Positions 42,100-55,036 are shown, counted from the first letter of the stretch. The stretch: DNA of 64,000 nt from Eledone cirrhosa (GCA_964016885.1 OZ024763.1:13392001-13456000), one strand, 5' to 3'. Program-made: numbers and translations. The notes: generated from the sequence alone by a model not told the origin.

Positions 42100-43470
42100 A
42101 GATTTCTCTATATAATATACAAGGTTTACTGGCTGGATTAACACCAAGCTGTCTATACATATTGTACTGGGTTCACTCGCTAGGTTAACACCAAGCTCTA
42201 TTTATATAATATACAGGGTTTACTTGGGCTAACACCAAGCTGTCTATACATATTGTACTGGGTTTATGAGCTGTGCTAACACCAAGCTCTATTTATATAA
42301 TATACAGGGTTTACTTGGGCTAACACCAAGCAGTCTATACATATTGTACTGGGTTTATGAGCTGGGTTAACACCAAACTCTATTTATATAATATACAGGG
42401 TTTACTTGGGCTAACACCAAGCTGTCTATAAATATTGTACTGGGTTCACTCGCTAGGTTAACATCAAGCTCTATTTATATAATATACAGAGTTTACTTGG
42501 GCTAACACCAAGCTGTCTATAAATATTGTACTGGGTTCACTCGCTAGGTTAACATCAAGCTCTATTTATATAATATACAGAGTTTACTTGGGCTAACACC
42601 AAGCTGTCTATACATATTGTACTGGGTTCACTCGCTAGGTTAACATCAAGCTCTATTTATATAATATACAGTTTACTTGGGCTGACACCAAGCTGTCTAT
42701 ACATATTGTACTGGGTTTATGAGCTGTGCTAACACCAAGCTCTATTTATATAATATACAGAGTTTACTTGGGCTAACACCAAGCTGTCTATACATATTGT
42801 ACTGGGTTCACTCGCTAGGTTAACATCAAGCTCTATTTATATAATATACAGGGTTTACTTGGGCTAACACCAAGCAGTCTATACATATTGTACTGGGTTT
42901 ATGAGCTGGGTTAACACCAAGCTCTATTTATATAATATACAGGGTTTACTTGGGCTAACACCAAGCTGTCTATAAATATTGTACTGGGTTCACTCGCTAG
43001 GTTAACATCAAGCTCTATTTATATAATATACAGAGTTTACTTGGGCTAACACCAAGCTGTCTATACATATTGTACTGGGTTTATGAGCTGGGTTAACACC
43101 AAGCTCTATTTATATAATATACAGGGTTTACTTGGGCTAACACCAAGCTGTCTATACATATTGTACTGGGTTTATGAGCTGGGTTAACACCAAGCTCTAT
43201 TTATATAATATACAGGGTTTACTTGGGCTAACACCAAGCTGTCTATACATATTGTACTGGGTTTATGAGCTGGGTTAACACCAAGCTCTCTCTATATAGT
43301 GTACAGGGTTTACTGGCTGGGTTAACACCAAGCTATACTGGGTTAACACCAAGCTATACTGGGTTAACACCAAGCTATACTGGGTTAACACCAAGCTATA
43401 CTGGGTTAACACCAAGCTATACTGGGTTAACACCAAGCTATACTGGGTTAACACCATACTATACTGGGTT
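42100..43470. repeat. 91-bp dimeric minisatellite (~12-13 copies) ending in a 21-bp array (~7 copies)
   Basis: TACTTGGGCTAACACC at 91-nt spacing; ACTGGGTTAACACCAAGCTAT at 43317-43470. Confidence 0.9.
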
Positions 43471-43799
43471 ACCAACAAACTATATATACACTTCACTATA
43501 GTTTCTACTCTCTTCCCCATACCCTTCTCACACCAGATGTCTCCACTGCTATAGGTTTGACAAGAAGCTAATCTACTTCAAGGGGCTCATCCCTATGGAT
43601 ACCCAACTCTGCTCTGATAGCCGTCAGTAGGGAAGTGGTCCGGGGGGGCCAAGAACACCAGATGTCTCCACTGCCACATGTTCAACCACAAGCCTATCAG
43701 AGAACAGCCACTTCTATCTAATATCTAAGTTTCTATAATGGTCATCAATCAATTATAGAAATGTTATACCATAGAGAAATATCATCTCCTTTCATATCA

Positions 43800-44900
43800 T
43801 CATCATCATCATCATCATAATCATTTCCAATGCTTGCATGGGTTGGACAGGTCTTTTCCAATACAGCTACTCCCTTTGTCACCTCCAGCTACATTCCTTC
43901 ATCACCCCCTCTGTGTGGTTCATCACCTTCACATCAGCTTCTCACTACTTTGTCAACCCTGTGAATCTGTGAGCTTCAGTAATTTGAGATCAGCTCACAC
44001 AACCTCTGTCCAGGTCTTCCTAGGCCTCCCTCTACTGTAGCTCCCTTTCACTAGGATTTCTTGGCACTTCTTCACTCAATGAACATCATCCATGCACATC
44101 ACATGTCCTTACCAACACAGTCTTCTCCCACACGAGGGTCTTTTGTCAACCCAACAGTGAGCTTCAGTAATTTGAGATCAGCTCACACAACCTGTCCAGG
44201 TCTTCCTAGGCCTCCCTCTACTGTAGCTCCCTTCCACTGGAATTTCTTGGTACTTCTTCACGCAGTGATCATCATCCTTACAAAACACATGTCCATACCA
44301 GAGCAGTCTTCTCTCCTGCACACAGCACCTGATTCCTCTTATACTCAGTTTCTCTCTCAGCTCATCTATTCATTGCCTTTCATCCTATATTAACATTACA
44401 CACCCACCGAAGTATGCTAGCTCCATTTCTCTCTAGCCTTCACATAAGTTCCGCATTCACTGCCCATGTACCACAACCATGCAACATCGCACTTCATACA
44501 CAGCATCATACAGCCAACCTTTTGTACATAGGGAGAAACCTTTTGTTGTCAACAGAGGTAGCAGATCTCTGAACTTGTTCTTACTCTAGCTATTATACTT
44601 TTAGGCCAACCCCTTCACTGCTAATTCTATCACCTAGGTAGCAGAAGCTATCAACTACTATGAAGCCTTCCTGGCATTGGAAAAAGTTTATTTCACTGAC
44701 CTACTTACTACTTTGTATGTGCATCTGTCGCATACAAAGTTGACTTTTTTCCGTTAGTCTGCCTACTATCCCACTAGACCTCTTGTGTACCCAAGATTTA
44801 CATTTATGTACATCATATAGAGTTATTACCTACTATCCCACTACACCTCGTGTACCCAAGATTTACGTTGTGTACCTCATATAGAGTTATTGCCTATTCC
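43800..44900 (-). mobile_element. Degenerate RTE-type LINE 3' part with internal duplications
   Basis: RRLLWYGHV..GRPRKTW present, GRPRKTW twice; (GAT)n tail at 43797-43820. Confidence 0.65.
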
Positions 44901-45289
44901 TTATAAACTATTGCTGTGACAATGTAATAACCCTCCACTGGAATGATATATATATACACAGCCCACACTGTAAAGTGATCATGTAGGTGTCATGACGAAA
45001 AGCACCCAGCACCCGCTGTAGAAACCAAGCCAAAATCATTTCTGTATGAGTAAGACATGGTCACCAGACCTAACATTGCTAACAACAGGACAACTCGTCT
45101 AACCCATACTAGTATGGAAAAATGGACGTAAAACGGTAATGATGAAGTGAATATAGTTTTTGTTTCACAATTCCATTATGTAATTATTTATATTGGATTT
45201 ATATTTAATGGTGGAAAACTGGTATATGTTTCATTTCTCAACCTACCCATGCTTATGGAAGTAAATCTATTCAACGTACCACCACCATA

Positions 45290-45690
45290 AATGAAACTTA
45301 AGGGCGAGTCCACTTCATGGTCCTGGCCAACAGGATGGAGAAGATATTGCCCCAGAGAACAGTGAGGGAGATGTGCTGGAACAGCCACTTCACCTTGCAG
45401 GGCTTGCACTCCCTCCAATAGCAGTGAGCAAGGGTGTAGTCTGGGGACCTAGAATGCCAGAAGTCTCCAGTGTTTGGCTCCACCACAAATTTATCAGAGA
45501 GTGGTTGACACTTGGACAGTTTGCCCTCTTCAGCCTGGCAGGCGGCAACGCCTTGGTTGGTAACTAAACACCCCAGGTTGCTGCTAGAGGTGTCACAACA
45601 TGTGGAATCCAAGATAAGGAGACTACCCTCGCAGAACAGGAACCCTCTACTGGCCAGAATTAACCTTCTACAGATTGGAGGTTACTTCTA
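45290..45690 (-). mobile_element. CRE-like non-LTR retrotransposon remnant (REL endonuclease C-terminus)
   Basis: DSTCCDT..AACQAEEGKLSK..VETSGILGP..WLFQHISLTVLWGNIFSIL, frameshifted. Confidence 0.6.
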
Positions 45691-46659
45691 CTGAAACATG
45701 TCACATATATATATAAACTATTTCTGTGACAAGTCCCACTAACCAGAAGTAGTCTCCAATAACCAGAGGTAATCCCGGTGATCAGAGCTAACCCCAGTGA
45801 CCAGATGTAACTCTTACTGACCAGAGGTAGCCTTCAGGTGACCAGAAGTAACCCATCACTGAAATGTTTCATGTATATCATCATCACCGTTTTACGTCCA
45901 TTCTTCCACACTAGCATGGGTTAGACAGGTTGTCTTGTTATAGGCAGTATCTGGTCGGCTGACCTTGTCTTGCTCATATGGGAACTGATTCTGGCTTGAT
46001 TTCTACAGCTGGATGCCCTTCCTAACACCAACCTCCTTTACAGTGAGTGCTGGGTGCTTTTTTTCCGTGGCGCCTACACTTTACAGTGTGGGCCGGGTGC
46101 TTTTTTGCCGTGGCACCTCCACGACCACTTTACAGGGGGAGGGTGTGGGGGCATATTGTCTAAATGCTTCAGCTTCGGCCTGTACCCGTGGGGGGGGGGG
46201 GTCTTCTGTATTACTGCGTGACGCCAGAGTTCACGGTCGTGTGTCATCACCTTTGAGAGGTGTAATTGGGTAAGGTCGGCTTTTATCACCTCATCCCAGG
46301 TCTTCTTGGGTCTCCCCACTCCGCGGCTTCCATCGACTTCTAGTACTCTGCACCTTTTTATGCAGCTATCATCCTTCATACACATCACATATATATGTAT
46401 ATATATATCAATAAAATTACTGCTGTGGCAATGGGTTAATCCTCAAGTAACCAGGGGTAACCCCCAGTAGCCATAGTTAGCCCCCCACTGAAACAGGTCA
46501 TATATATATAAACTATTATTGTGGCAACCCTCAACAGACCACAGATAACCCCCCCCCCCCCCCCAGTGACCAGAAGCAAACCTCAAATAGCCAGAGGTAA
46601 CCCCTACTGAAACAGGTCATATATATATAAACTATTGCTGTGGCAAAGGATTGACTTAC

Positions 46660-46757
46660 CTCTCAATATTTTTTCTTCATGACATCTCTGGAAGTCCCAG
46701 ATCCGTACCGTACCATCGTCAGAACATGTGGTGAACTTCACATCAGTTGGGCAAAAG
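46660..46757 (-). CDS. WDR33: WDR33 coding exon B, 98 nt
   Basis: (S)[32 protein letters not shown](G); pyrimidine tract + CCAG acceptor, donor GTAAGT; phase matches exon A. Confidence 0.96.
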
Positions 46758-46974
46758 CTGGAATGGTGTGGGGGGAAGGGGACAAAAAAACAAAAAATAG
46801 TAAATTTGGCAAAATATTTGTGGTAATTAGACCCCCAAATCAACGGAGACGTTGAACTCTTAACATCCTGTACGATCTGAGGGAAATTTGGTTGCTATTT
46901 CTAGCAGGTTCAGTAACCACAAATTTGCTCCCACAACGAAAAAAGAATTGAAATTACAACTCACAGTCATACAA

Positions 46975-48212
46975 GTTTAGCTGGTCCCCTACAAGGTTGT
47001 ATCCCATAGGAAGTTTCTTGGGTGTTTTAATGATAGGGACCCCAGTCCTATCATGTTACAGATCACACATATGTAGATTTTGTCGAAGTTGTATCTCATA
47101 GGAGGTTTCTCGTGTTTCAATAATAAGGGCCCCAGTCCTATCATGTTATTGTTGTTACAGTTCACACCTATGTAGACTTAGCTGGTCCCCTACAAGGTTG
47201 TATCCCATAGGTTTTTAGAGTGTTTTAATGATAGGGGCCCCAGTCCTATCCTATTGTTGCAGCTGGTACCTATGTAGGTTTAGCTGGCCTATGTGGGTTT
47301 ATCTCATAGGTTTCTAGAGTGTTTTAATGATAGGGGTCCCAGTCCTATCCTATTGTTGCAGCTGGTACCTATGTAGGTTTAGCTGGCCTATGTAGGTTTA
47401 TCCCATAGGTTTTTAAAGTGTTTTAATGATAGGGGCCCCAGTCCTATCCTATTGTTGCAGCTGGTACCTATGTAGGTTTAGCTGGCCTATGTGGGTTTAT
47501 CTCATAGGTTTCTAGAGTGTTTTAATGATCGTGGCCCTAGTCCTATCATGTTGTTACAGCTCACACATATGTAAATTTAGCCAGTCACCTGAAAAGTCGT
47601 ATCTCATGAGCGGTTTCTGAGGTGTTTTAATGATAGAGACCACAGTCCTATTATGTTTTTGCTCCAGCTTACACCTATGTAGGTCTAGCTGACCTCCTAC
47701 GAGGTTGTGTCTCATAGGAGGTTCCTCAGGTGTTTTAATGATATGGGGCCCCAGTTCTATCATGTTGTTGTTACAGCTTACACCTATACACAATCAGGTG
47801 ACCTGCAACGTGGGTTTTTTTGTAGGTCGTTTCTCAAGTATTTTAATCACAAGGATACCAGTCCTGTCATGTTACTGTTATTACAGATAACACTTCTATA
47901 GGTTTAGCTGGCCTACTAAGTGGCTTTATTTCATAAGACGTTTCTAAAGTGTTTCAGTGATAGGAACCCCAGTCCTATCCTGTTATTATTGTTACAGCTA
48001 ATACCTGCGTTGGTTTAGCTGGACTACTAAGTGGCTTTATTTCATAGATGGTTTTTCAGATGTTTTAATAACAGGGCCCCAGTCCTATCATGAAAAATAA
48101 TGTGAAATGAAGTAGCTTCCCCAAGAACACAATGTGTTGCCTGGGCCAGGAATTGAACTCACGACCTCATGGTTGTCAGTCTAACACTAACCACTAATTA
48201 GGCCACACACCT
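46975..48212 (-). repeat. Diverged ~95-105-bp tandem array attached to a tRNA-SINE head (48100-48212)
   Basis: TTTTAATGATAGGGGCCCCAGTCCTATC..TTACAGCTCACACCTATGTAGGTTTAGCTGG about 11 times. Confidence 0.75.
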
Positions 48213-49248
48213 GTACGCTCCCTCGATGGATCAAACCATACTTCTACAGAGGGGTGGGCAGCTTCATGCTGATTTCCAACAGCAACAAACAGATTTGGAT
48301 GTTATTGTTTAACTCCAGGTCAGTCCTGATCCAGCAAACACAGTGTATCTGGGACTACACTATTTAATGGAGCCCTGACCTAGCAGGCTTAATTATCAAA
48401 CAAGGTTCCAGCTATGACCATCCTGTCTTTTATTCAGAGTATCTAGTGAGAGAAGGGAGGCGACAGGGCAGTGATACGGTGAGGGGGAGAGAGAGAAACA
48501 GTGAGAGGGAGAGAGAGAAACAGTGAAAGGGAGAGTGTGATAGTGAGAGAGAAGACTGGCAGAGAGTGAGAAAAAGAGAGAAAGAAAAACGCTATAAGAG
48601 ATGAGAGAGAGAGAAAAGTAGAGAGAATAAGAAAGTCAGAGGCAGAGAATTAGTGAGAAGAAAGAAAGAGTTACATTGAGAGAAAGTGGGAGGGGAAGCA
48701 AGAGAGAGAGAGAGAGAGAAAAGGGAAGACAGTGTAATAGACAAGAGAGAGAGTGAGAAGAGGAGAGAAGAGAGAAAGACAAAGGAGATTACATTCAGAG
48801 AGAGAGAGAGAGAGGGGAGAGGGGCAGACAGTGTGGTAGAGAATTAGTGAGAAGACAGAGAAAGAAAGGTTAAAATTCAGAGAGAGAAAATATATAGAGA
48901 GAGAGGTATGGTGAATGAGAGTGAGGCGAAAAAAGGAAGTATACAAGAGCTAGGGGAGATAACCTCTAAGTGGACAGGAAGTTAAGAATATTCAGAACAG
49001 AATGCCGTGTAAATGTGTGTGTGTGTGTGTATATTTATATAATCTGTGTGTGTATGTATATGTCCTTATACGTGTATATAATAGATATATAAATACATAC
49101 ACATGAATGAACGTGTATATAATAAACACTAAGAAATGTTTAGAATACGGAAAGCTTCTAAATTTCTTATTTATATTAACGTTATTCAGTATATATATTT
49201 CGTTATACACACGTGTATGTATGTGTGTGTGTGTATATATATATATAT

Positions 49249-49426
49249 CAGACCTGCCAACCTATAAAAACCCAAACGAGAGGGGTACCATGAAAGGAAG
49301 GGCCCCAAAACGGGGAGATTTTTACACAATGAAAGCTATACTCATTTTCACAAAAGAAGACATCTCTCACTCACCCCAAAATGGGTGGGAGATCTCCCTA
49401 TGGGACGCGGAGAGTCGATAGGTCTG
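49249..49426. mobile_element. hAT-like MITE
   Basis: TIRs CAGACCTGCCAAC / GTCGATAGGTCTG in (TA)n. Confidence 0.55.
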
Positions 49427-49637
49427 ATTATATAAATATATATACACACATACACACACACTGAGCTATATACATACATGTATGTGTGTGTGGTGATGAA
49501 ACTAACTGAAATATCGACGTCATTGCCACTTCTCTTCAGAAAATAAATCCCACACTCTATAACAAGTATTGAGTGCTTATACAGTTAATGTTTGAATGTT
49601 TTAAGAACAATAGTTTCTCAAACAGCTTCTTCAGTGT

Positions 49638-49677
<40 letters not shown>

Positions 49678-49679
<2 letters not shown>

Positions 49680-49879
49680 CAAAGGAATTGTGGTAAGGAA
49701 CCAGATGGACCATAACGCACCAGAGTACTCAATACTTAGGGTAGTAGAGTGGGAAATAGGAAAAAGTATGACCCCGACGGCAGAGCTCAAGCCGTTTCGA
49801 CGGCTATTTCTGAACCAGGTCCAGAAATAGCCGTCGAAACGGCTTGAGCTCTGCCGTCGGGAGTCATACTTTTTCCTAT
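49678..49879 (-). mobile_element. Fold-back + tail mini-element, family A
   Basis: Tail 49678-49755, hairpin 49756-49879. Confidence 0.8.
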
Positions 49880-49893
49880 ATATATATATATAT

Positions 49894-50078
49894 AACAAAG
49901 AGGGTGTGGTAAGATAACCCACCAGAGTACTCAATACTTAGGGTAGTAGAGTGGGTAATAAGAAAAGAGTCAGGACCCCGACAGCTAGATGCGAACTAGG
50001 CCACTAGACTGGTGGCTTAGTTCGGACCTAGCTGTCGAAACGGCCGGAGCTCAGCCATCGGGGTCCTGACTCTTCCTA
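49894..50078 (-). mobile_element. Fold-back + tail mini-element, subfamily A'
   Basis: Same tail with a deletion; arms AAGAGTCAGGACCCCGA / TCGGGGTCCTGACTCTT; GAAACGGCCGGAGCTCAGCCATC. Confidence 0.75.
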
Positions 50079-50084
50079 TATACA

Positions 50085-50120
<36 letters not shown>

Positions 50121-50255
50121 TGTTGAAAGACATTAGCTATATTCATGAATACATAACCAAGAGGACTAGGGAGCAGCTATGTTATAAGGGTACTTTCCTA
50201 TATATATATATATATATATATTATTATTATGTAATAAACAACAAGGCAATTATTC

Positions 50256-50309
50256 CATTTACCAGTGGTTTCTTAAAAGCAAAAAGTTTTGCTTTCAATC
50301 CTCAGAATG
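50256..50309 (-). ncRNA. Type I hammerhead ribozyme motif, sense to WDR33 pre-mRNA
   Basis: Exact reverse complement of 50381-50434. Confidence 0.8.
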
Positions 50310-50380
50310 AAAAAATCCTGGTTTGTTTATTGAATTTGGGTTTTTATAATCCAAATTCAATAAACAAACCAGGATTTTTT

Positions 50381-50434
50381 CATTCTGAGGATTGAAAGCA
50401 AAACTTTTTGCTTTTAAGAAACCACTGGTAAATG
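50381..50434 (+). ncRNA. Type I hammerhead ribozyme motif
   Basis: CATT-CTGAGGA-TTGAAAGCAAA.ACTT.TTTGCTTTTAA-GAA-ACC.ACT.GGT-A|AATG. Confidence 0.82.
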
Positions 50435-50530
50435 GAATAATTGCCTTGTTGTTTATTACATAATAATAATTAAGCTCTGTTGCCTACATAGAGCACTCTT
50501 TTATCCTGGACTTTTCCGATGGAATTACTT

Positions 50531-50620
<90 letters not shown>

Positions 50621-50741
50621 AGTGCACCTGAGCACTTTACACAATAATTTCATTATTATTATTATTATATATATAATAATACAACCGTTAAGGTTGTCTT
50701 TTTTTCCGGCTATGTCAATAGTTATTTATTAAACAAATCTG

Positions 50742-50807
50742 TATTTTATCTGATGAAAGAGCACCATAATTTGCCTTGGTCGCCCTTGAAATATATATAA
50801 TAAAATA
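50742..50807 (+). ncRNA. Minimal type I hammerhead ribozyme motif (family D element ~50680-50942)
   Basis: TATTTTAT-CTGATGA-stem II-GAA-AT.ATAT.AT-A|ATAAAATA. Confidence 0.78.
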
Positions 50808-50959
50808 AATATGATTTTATAAATATAGTTTCCATTTATTAATATATTGTATATTTACTCCACTAACTTGTTGAGTGCTTTATACCAGTTATAAAAATGT
50901 TTAAGCTTGTTGAATCCCAACAAATTAAATATAACCTCTGCATATATATATATATATAT

Positions 50960-51130
50960 TTGGTTGACAGTATGTGGTTGACAGCTGAGAGAAAAGAGTA
51001 CTCAATACTGAAGTAGAGTTTTAATATTCATTTTATTATGGCTAAATAGTGAGTCTTGTTATTGTGGAGGTGAGGAGCAGGCAAAACACCAGAACAAGAC
51101 TCACTATTTAGACTTAATAAAATGAACATA
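50960..51130 (-). mobile_element. Fold-back + tail mini-element, family G
   Basis: Arms TTCATTTTATTA..CTAAATAGTGAGTCTTGTT / AACAAGACTCACTATTTAG..TAATAAAATGAA; tail 50960-51023. Confidence 0.65.
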
Positions 51131-51135
51131 TATAT

Positions 51136-51512
51136 AGAGAGAGTCAGGACCCCGACAGCTGAGCTCCAACTGTTTCAGCACGGCCGGGGCTCAGTCATCG
51201 GGGGTCCTGACTCTCTTACTATTACCCACTCTACTACCCTAAGTATTGAGTACTCTAGTGTGTTATGGTCCACCTGGTATCTTACCACACCCTCTTTGTT
51301 ATATATATATATATATGAAAATGTATGAGCCCAACGGCAGAGCTCAAGCCGTTTCGACAGTTATTTCTGGACTCTAGTCCAGAAATAGCCGTCGAAACAG
51401 CTCGAGTTCTGCCGTCGAGGTCATACATTTTCCTATTACCCACTCTACTACCCTAAGTATTGAGTACTCTGGTGCGTTATGGTCTACTTGATATCTTACC
51501 ACACCTTTTTTG

Positions 51513-51514
<2 letters not shown>
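51136..51514 (+). mobile_element. Two adjacent mini-elements, A' (51136-51300) and A (51315-51514), separated by (TA)n
   Basis: Each has a hairpin and tail ATTACCCACTCTACTACCCTAAGTATTGAGTACTCT. Confidence 0.8.
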
Positions 51515-51569
<55 letters not shown>

Positions 51570-53327
51570 TAAAAAGCCATTTAATATATATACATACAGA
51601 CGCAGACACACACGCAAATGAGAAATTAATCCATTTGATTAAATTTCATTCAATTGTATCTCTTCAGAGGGTGAGGCTATAATTTGATTGGCAGGTGAGG
51701 AGTACATTTGAGAAACAAAGGTGAAATCTGTTATGAAACTAAGCAAAGACCTAACTGATGAAACTGTTGCTATGAAATACATGACAAGAATGAAACAGAA
51801 TTGAGACAGACGGTGGGTTTTTATTTAACATCTCAGAGGCCTTGCCACATTTCAGCTCTTTAATTGCTCTAGTGACATCAGCCTCCATGAGGTTAGTATG
51901 TCTCGGGAAAGAATTGCCCCTATATGCGCAACCAGATCAATTGGAGACAATCACTTCCAACAGGCTGGGCCTCCAAGAGAAACTTTGCAAGACCCCCTTG
52001 GAGCCCAAAACAGGCAAATATTTTTCTCAAAATGGATGTTGCTTGGTTCCTGTGGGGCCTTCTTAGCTCTTGAGCCCCAGAACAAAGTACTGACTGGACC
52101 CACCCACCCTCCCTCTCATAGGACCTGCTGGAAGGCGTGCTTGACAACTCTAGTTACCCCAGCCCCTATGGGGTTAGTCATCGCTCCTACATGCACCATT
52201 GGATCAATTGGAGATAGTTACTTCTGGCAGGACCTGCTGGAAGGCGTGATTCAGGACTCTACTCCCAACAACCCACCCAGGAATACGTGGAAGAAGTCAA
52301 AGAAGTGGAATAAAGAGGGGAAAAACTTCATCAAATCAGACCGAGGAAACAATGTTTCCATTGGTCTTTCCAATTGCTAATACTATCTACCAGTCGCAAC
52401 TCCAGGCAGAATGAGCAACGTGAAATAAAGTATCTTGCTCAAGGACACAACGCATCGCCTGGTCCAGGAATCAAACTCACAACCTCACGATTGTGAATCC
52501 AATTCTATCAACACTCAGCCACGCACCTTCACAAGGAGCCGGTTATTAAATATGGTTTGACCCTCTAGATATTTGTTACAGATAAAATTAATGTATATAA
52601 AGAGTGATGGCTGGGGTTTATTTCCATGTTCCTATACCTGGGAATTTCCATTGTTAGCTCAACAATAACCTATGCCACTAACTACCATAGAGACAGCTGT
52701 CTAAATAGGGGGGGAAATATCTAGGTCTTCTGTTAGTCACATATATAGACCTCACCCAACAGTCTAAAGAAAGGGAACAGCTAAGTTGTCACATCTAAAG
52801 AGGAGGAACAGCTAGGCCTGTTAGTCAGATATATATATAGACCTCACCCCAGTCTGAAGAGGGGGTACAGCTAAGTTGTTGTCACATATAGACACCCCAC
52901 CCACAGTCTAAAGAGGCAGAAAACAGAGCTGTTAGTCACACAGACACCCAACCCAGTGTAATGAGGGGGAATAACTAGACCTGTTAGATATACAGACCCC
53001 TCCACAGTCTAAAGACGGCAGGAACAGCTAAGCCTGTTAGTCTCATATATATATAGACACCTCCAGAGCCTAAATAAACACCACCTTACAGTCTAATGAG
53101 AGAATAGCTAGACTTGTTAGTTATATATATATATATAGACAACCCCTACTATCTAAAGGAGGGAATAGGTAAGCCTGTTAGTCACATATAGACACCCCAC
53201 AGTCTAATGAGGGGGAATAGCTACACCTCTTAGTCAGATATAAAGACCCACTCCCTCAACAGTCTAACGAAGGTACAGGAGGATACAGCCAGGCCTGTTA
53301 GTCACACATGTAAATAAATATATATAT

Positions 53328-53550
53328 AGCAAAGGTGTGGTAAGATACCAGGTGGACCATAACGCACCAGAGTACTCAATACTTAGGGTAGTAGAGTGGG
53401 TAATAGGAAAAGAGTCAGGACCCCGACGGCTGAGCTCCGACCATTTCGACAGCTAGATCCAAACTAAGCCATAATACTGTTGGATTGGTTGGGACCTAGC
53501 TGTTGGAACAGCTGGAGCTCAGCCGTCAGGGTCCTGACTCTTTTCCTATA
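53328..53550 (-). mobile_element. Fold-back + tail mini-element, subfamily A'
   Basis: Tail 53328-53402, hairpin 53403-53549, inserted in a TATA run of a degenerate satellite. Confidence 0.8.
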
Positions 53551-53589
53551 TATATACTGACACCCCCAGAGTCTAAATAGACAACACCA

Positions 53590-54872
53590 TCCCAGTCTAA
53601 TGAGGGAGACAGGTAGACATGTTTGTCACACACATATAAATATATATCCCCTCCACAGTCTAATGAGGGGGAATAGCTAAGTCTAATGAGAGACAGGTAG
53701 ACATGTTAGTCACACACATATAAATATATATCCCCTCCACAGTCTAATGAGGGGGAATAGCTAAGTCTAATGAGAGACAGGTAGACATGTTAGTCACACA
53801 CATATAAATATATATCCCCTCCACAGTCTAATGAGGGGGAATAGCTAAGTCTAATGAGGGAGACAGGTAGACATGTTAGTCACACACATATAAATATATA
53901 TCCCCTCCACAGTCTAATGAGGGGGAATAGCTAAGTCTAATGAGAGACAGGTAGACATGTTAGTCACACACATATAAATATATATCCCCTCCACAGTCTA
54001 ATGAGGGGGAATAGCTAAGTCTAATGAGGGAGACAGGTAGACATGTTAGTCACACACATATAAATATATATCCCCTCCACAGTCTAATGAGGGGGAATAG
54101 CTAAGTCTAATGAGAGACAGGTAGACATGTTAGTCACACACATATAAATATATATCCCCTCCACAGTCTAATGAGGGGGAATAGCTAAGTCTAATGAGGG
54201 AGACAGGTAGACATGTTAGTCACACACATATAAATATATATCCCCTCCACAGTCTAATGAGGGGGAATAGCTAAGTCTAATGAGAGACAGGTAGACATGT
54301 TAGTCACACACATATAAATATATATCCCCTCCACAGTCTAATGAGGGGGAATAGCTAAGTCTAATGAGGGAGACAGGTAGACATGTTAGTCACACACATA
54401 TAAATATATATCCCCTCCACAGTCTAATGAGGGGGAATAGCTAAGTCTAATGAGGGAGACAGGTAGACATGTTAGTCACACACATATAAATATATATCCC
54501 CTCCACAGTCTAATGAGGGGGAATAGCTAAGTCTAATGAGAGAGACAGGTAGACATGTTTGTCACACACATATAAATATATATCCCCTCCACAGTCTAAT
54601 GAGGGGGAATAGCTAAGTCTAATGAGAGACAGGTAGACATGTTAGTCACACACATATAAATATATATCCCCTCCACAGTCTAATGAGGGGGAATAGCTAA
54701 GTCTAATGAGAGACAGGTAGACATGTTAGTCACACACATATAAATATATATCCCCTCCACAGTCTAATGAGGGGGAATAGCTAAGTCTAATGAGAGAGAC
54801 AGGTAGACATGTTAGTCACACACATATAAATATATATCCCCTCCACAGTCTAATGAGGGGGAATAGCTAAGC
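53590..54872. repeat. 84/86-bp minisatellite, ~15 copies, with diverged ~60-bp relatives at 52700-53310
   Basis: TCCCCTCCACAGTCTAATGAGGGGGAATAGCTAAG at 84/86-nt spacing. Confidence 0.92.
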
Positions 54873-54999
54873 CTCTTAAGACCACTCCACAGTCTAACAA
54901 AGGAGGGAACAGCTAGACCTGTTAGTCACACAAATATATATATAGACACCCCCAGACTCTAAATAAACACCACCCCACAGTCTAACCTGTTAGTCACAC

Positions 55000-55036
<37 letters not shown>

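Larger units (their letters stand above)
50220..50532 (+). mobile_element. Fold-back + tail mini-element, family E, with a complete hammerhead in each arm
   Basis: ~120-bp perfect arms around an ~11-nt loop; tail 50471-50532. Confidence 0.8.

Noticed and set aside
46604-46659. 17-residue read-through after exon B as another short isoform
   Set aside because: Length is unremarkable, the donor is consensus GTAAGT, and the sequence belongs to a local repeat also at 46487 and 45690.
51750-51790. CTGATGA..GAAATACATG hammerhead candidate
   Set aside because: No stem II or stem I, and the cleavage triplet would be AUG.
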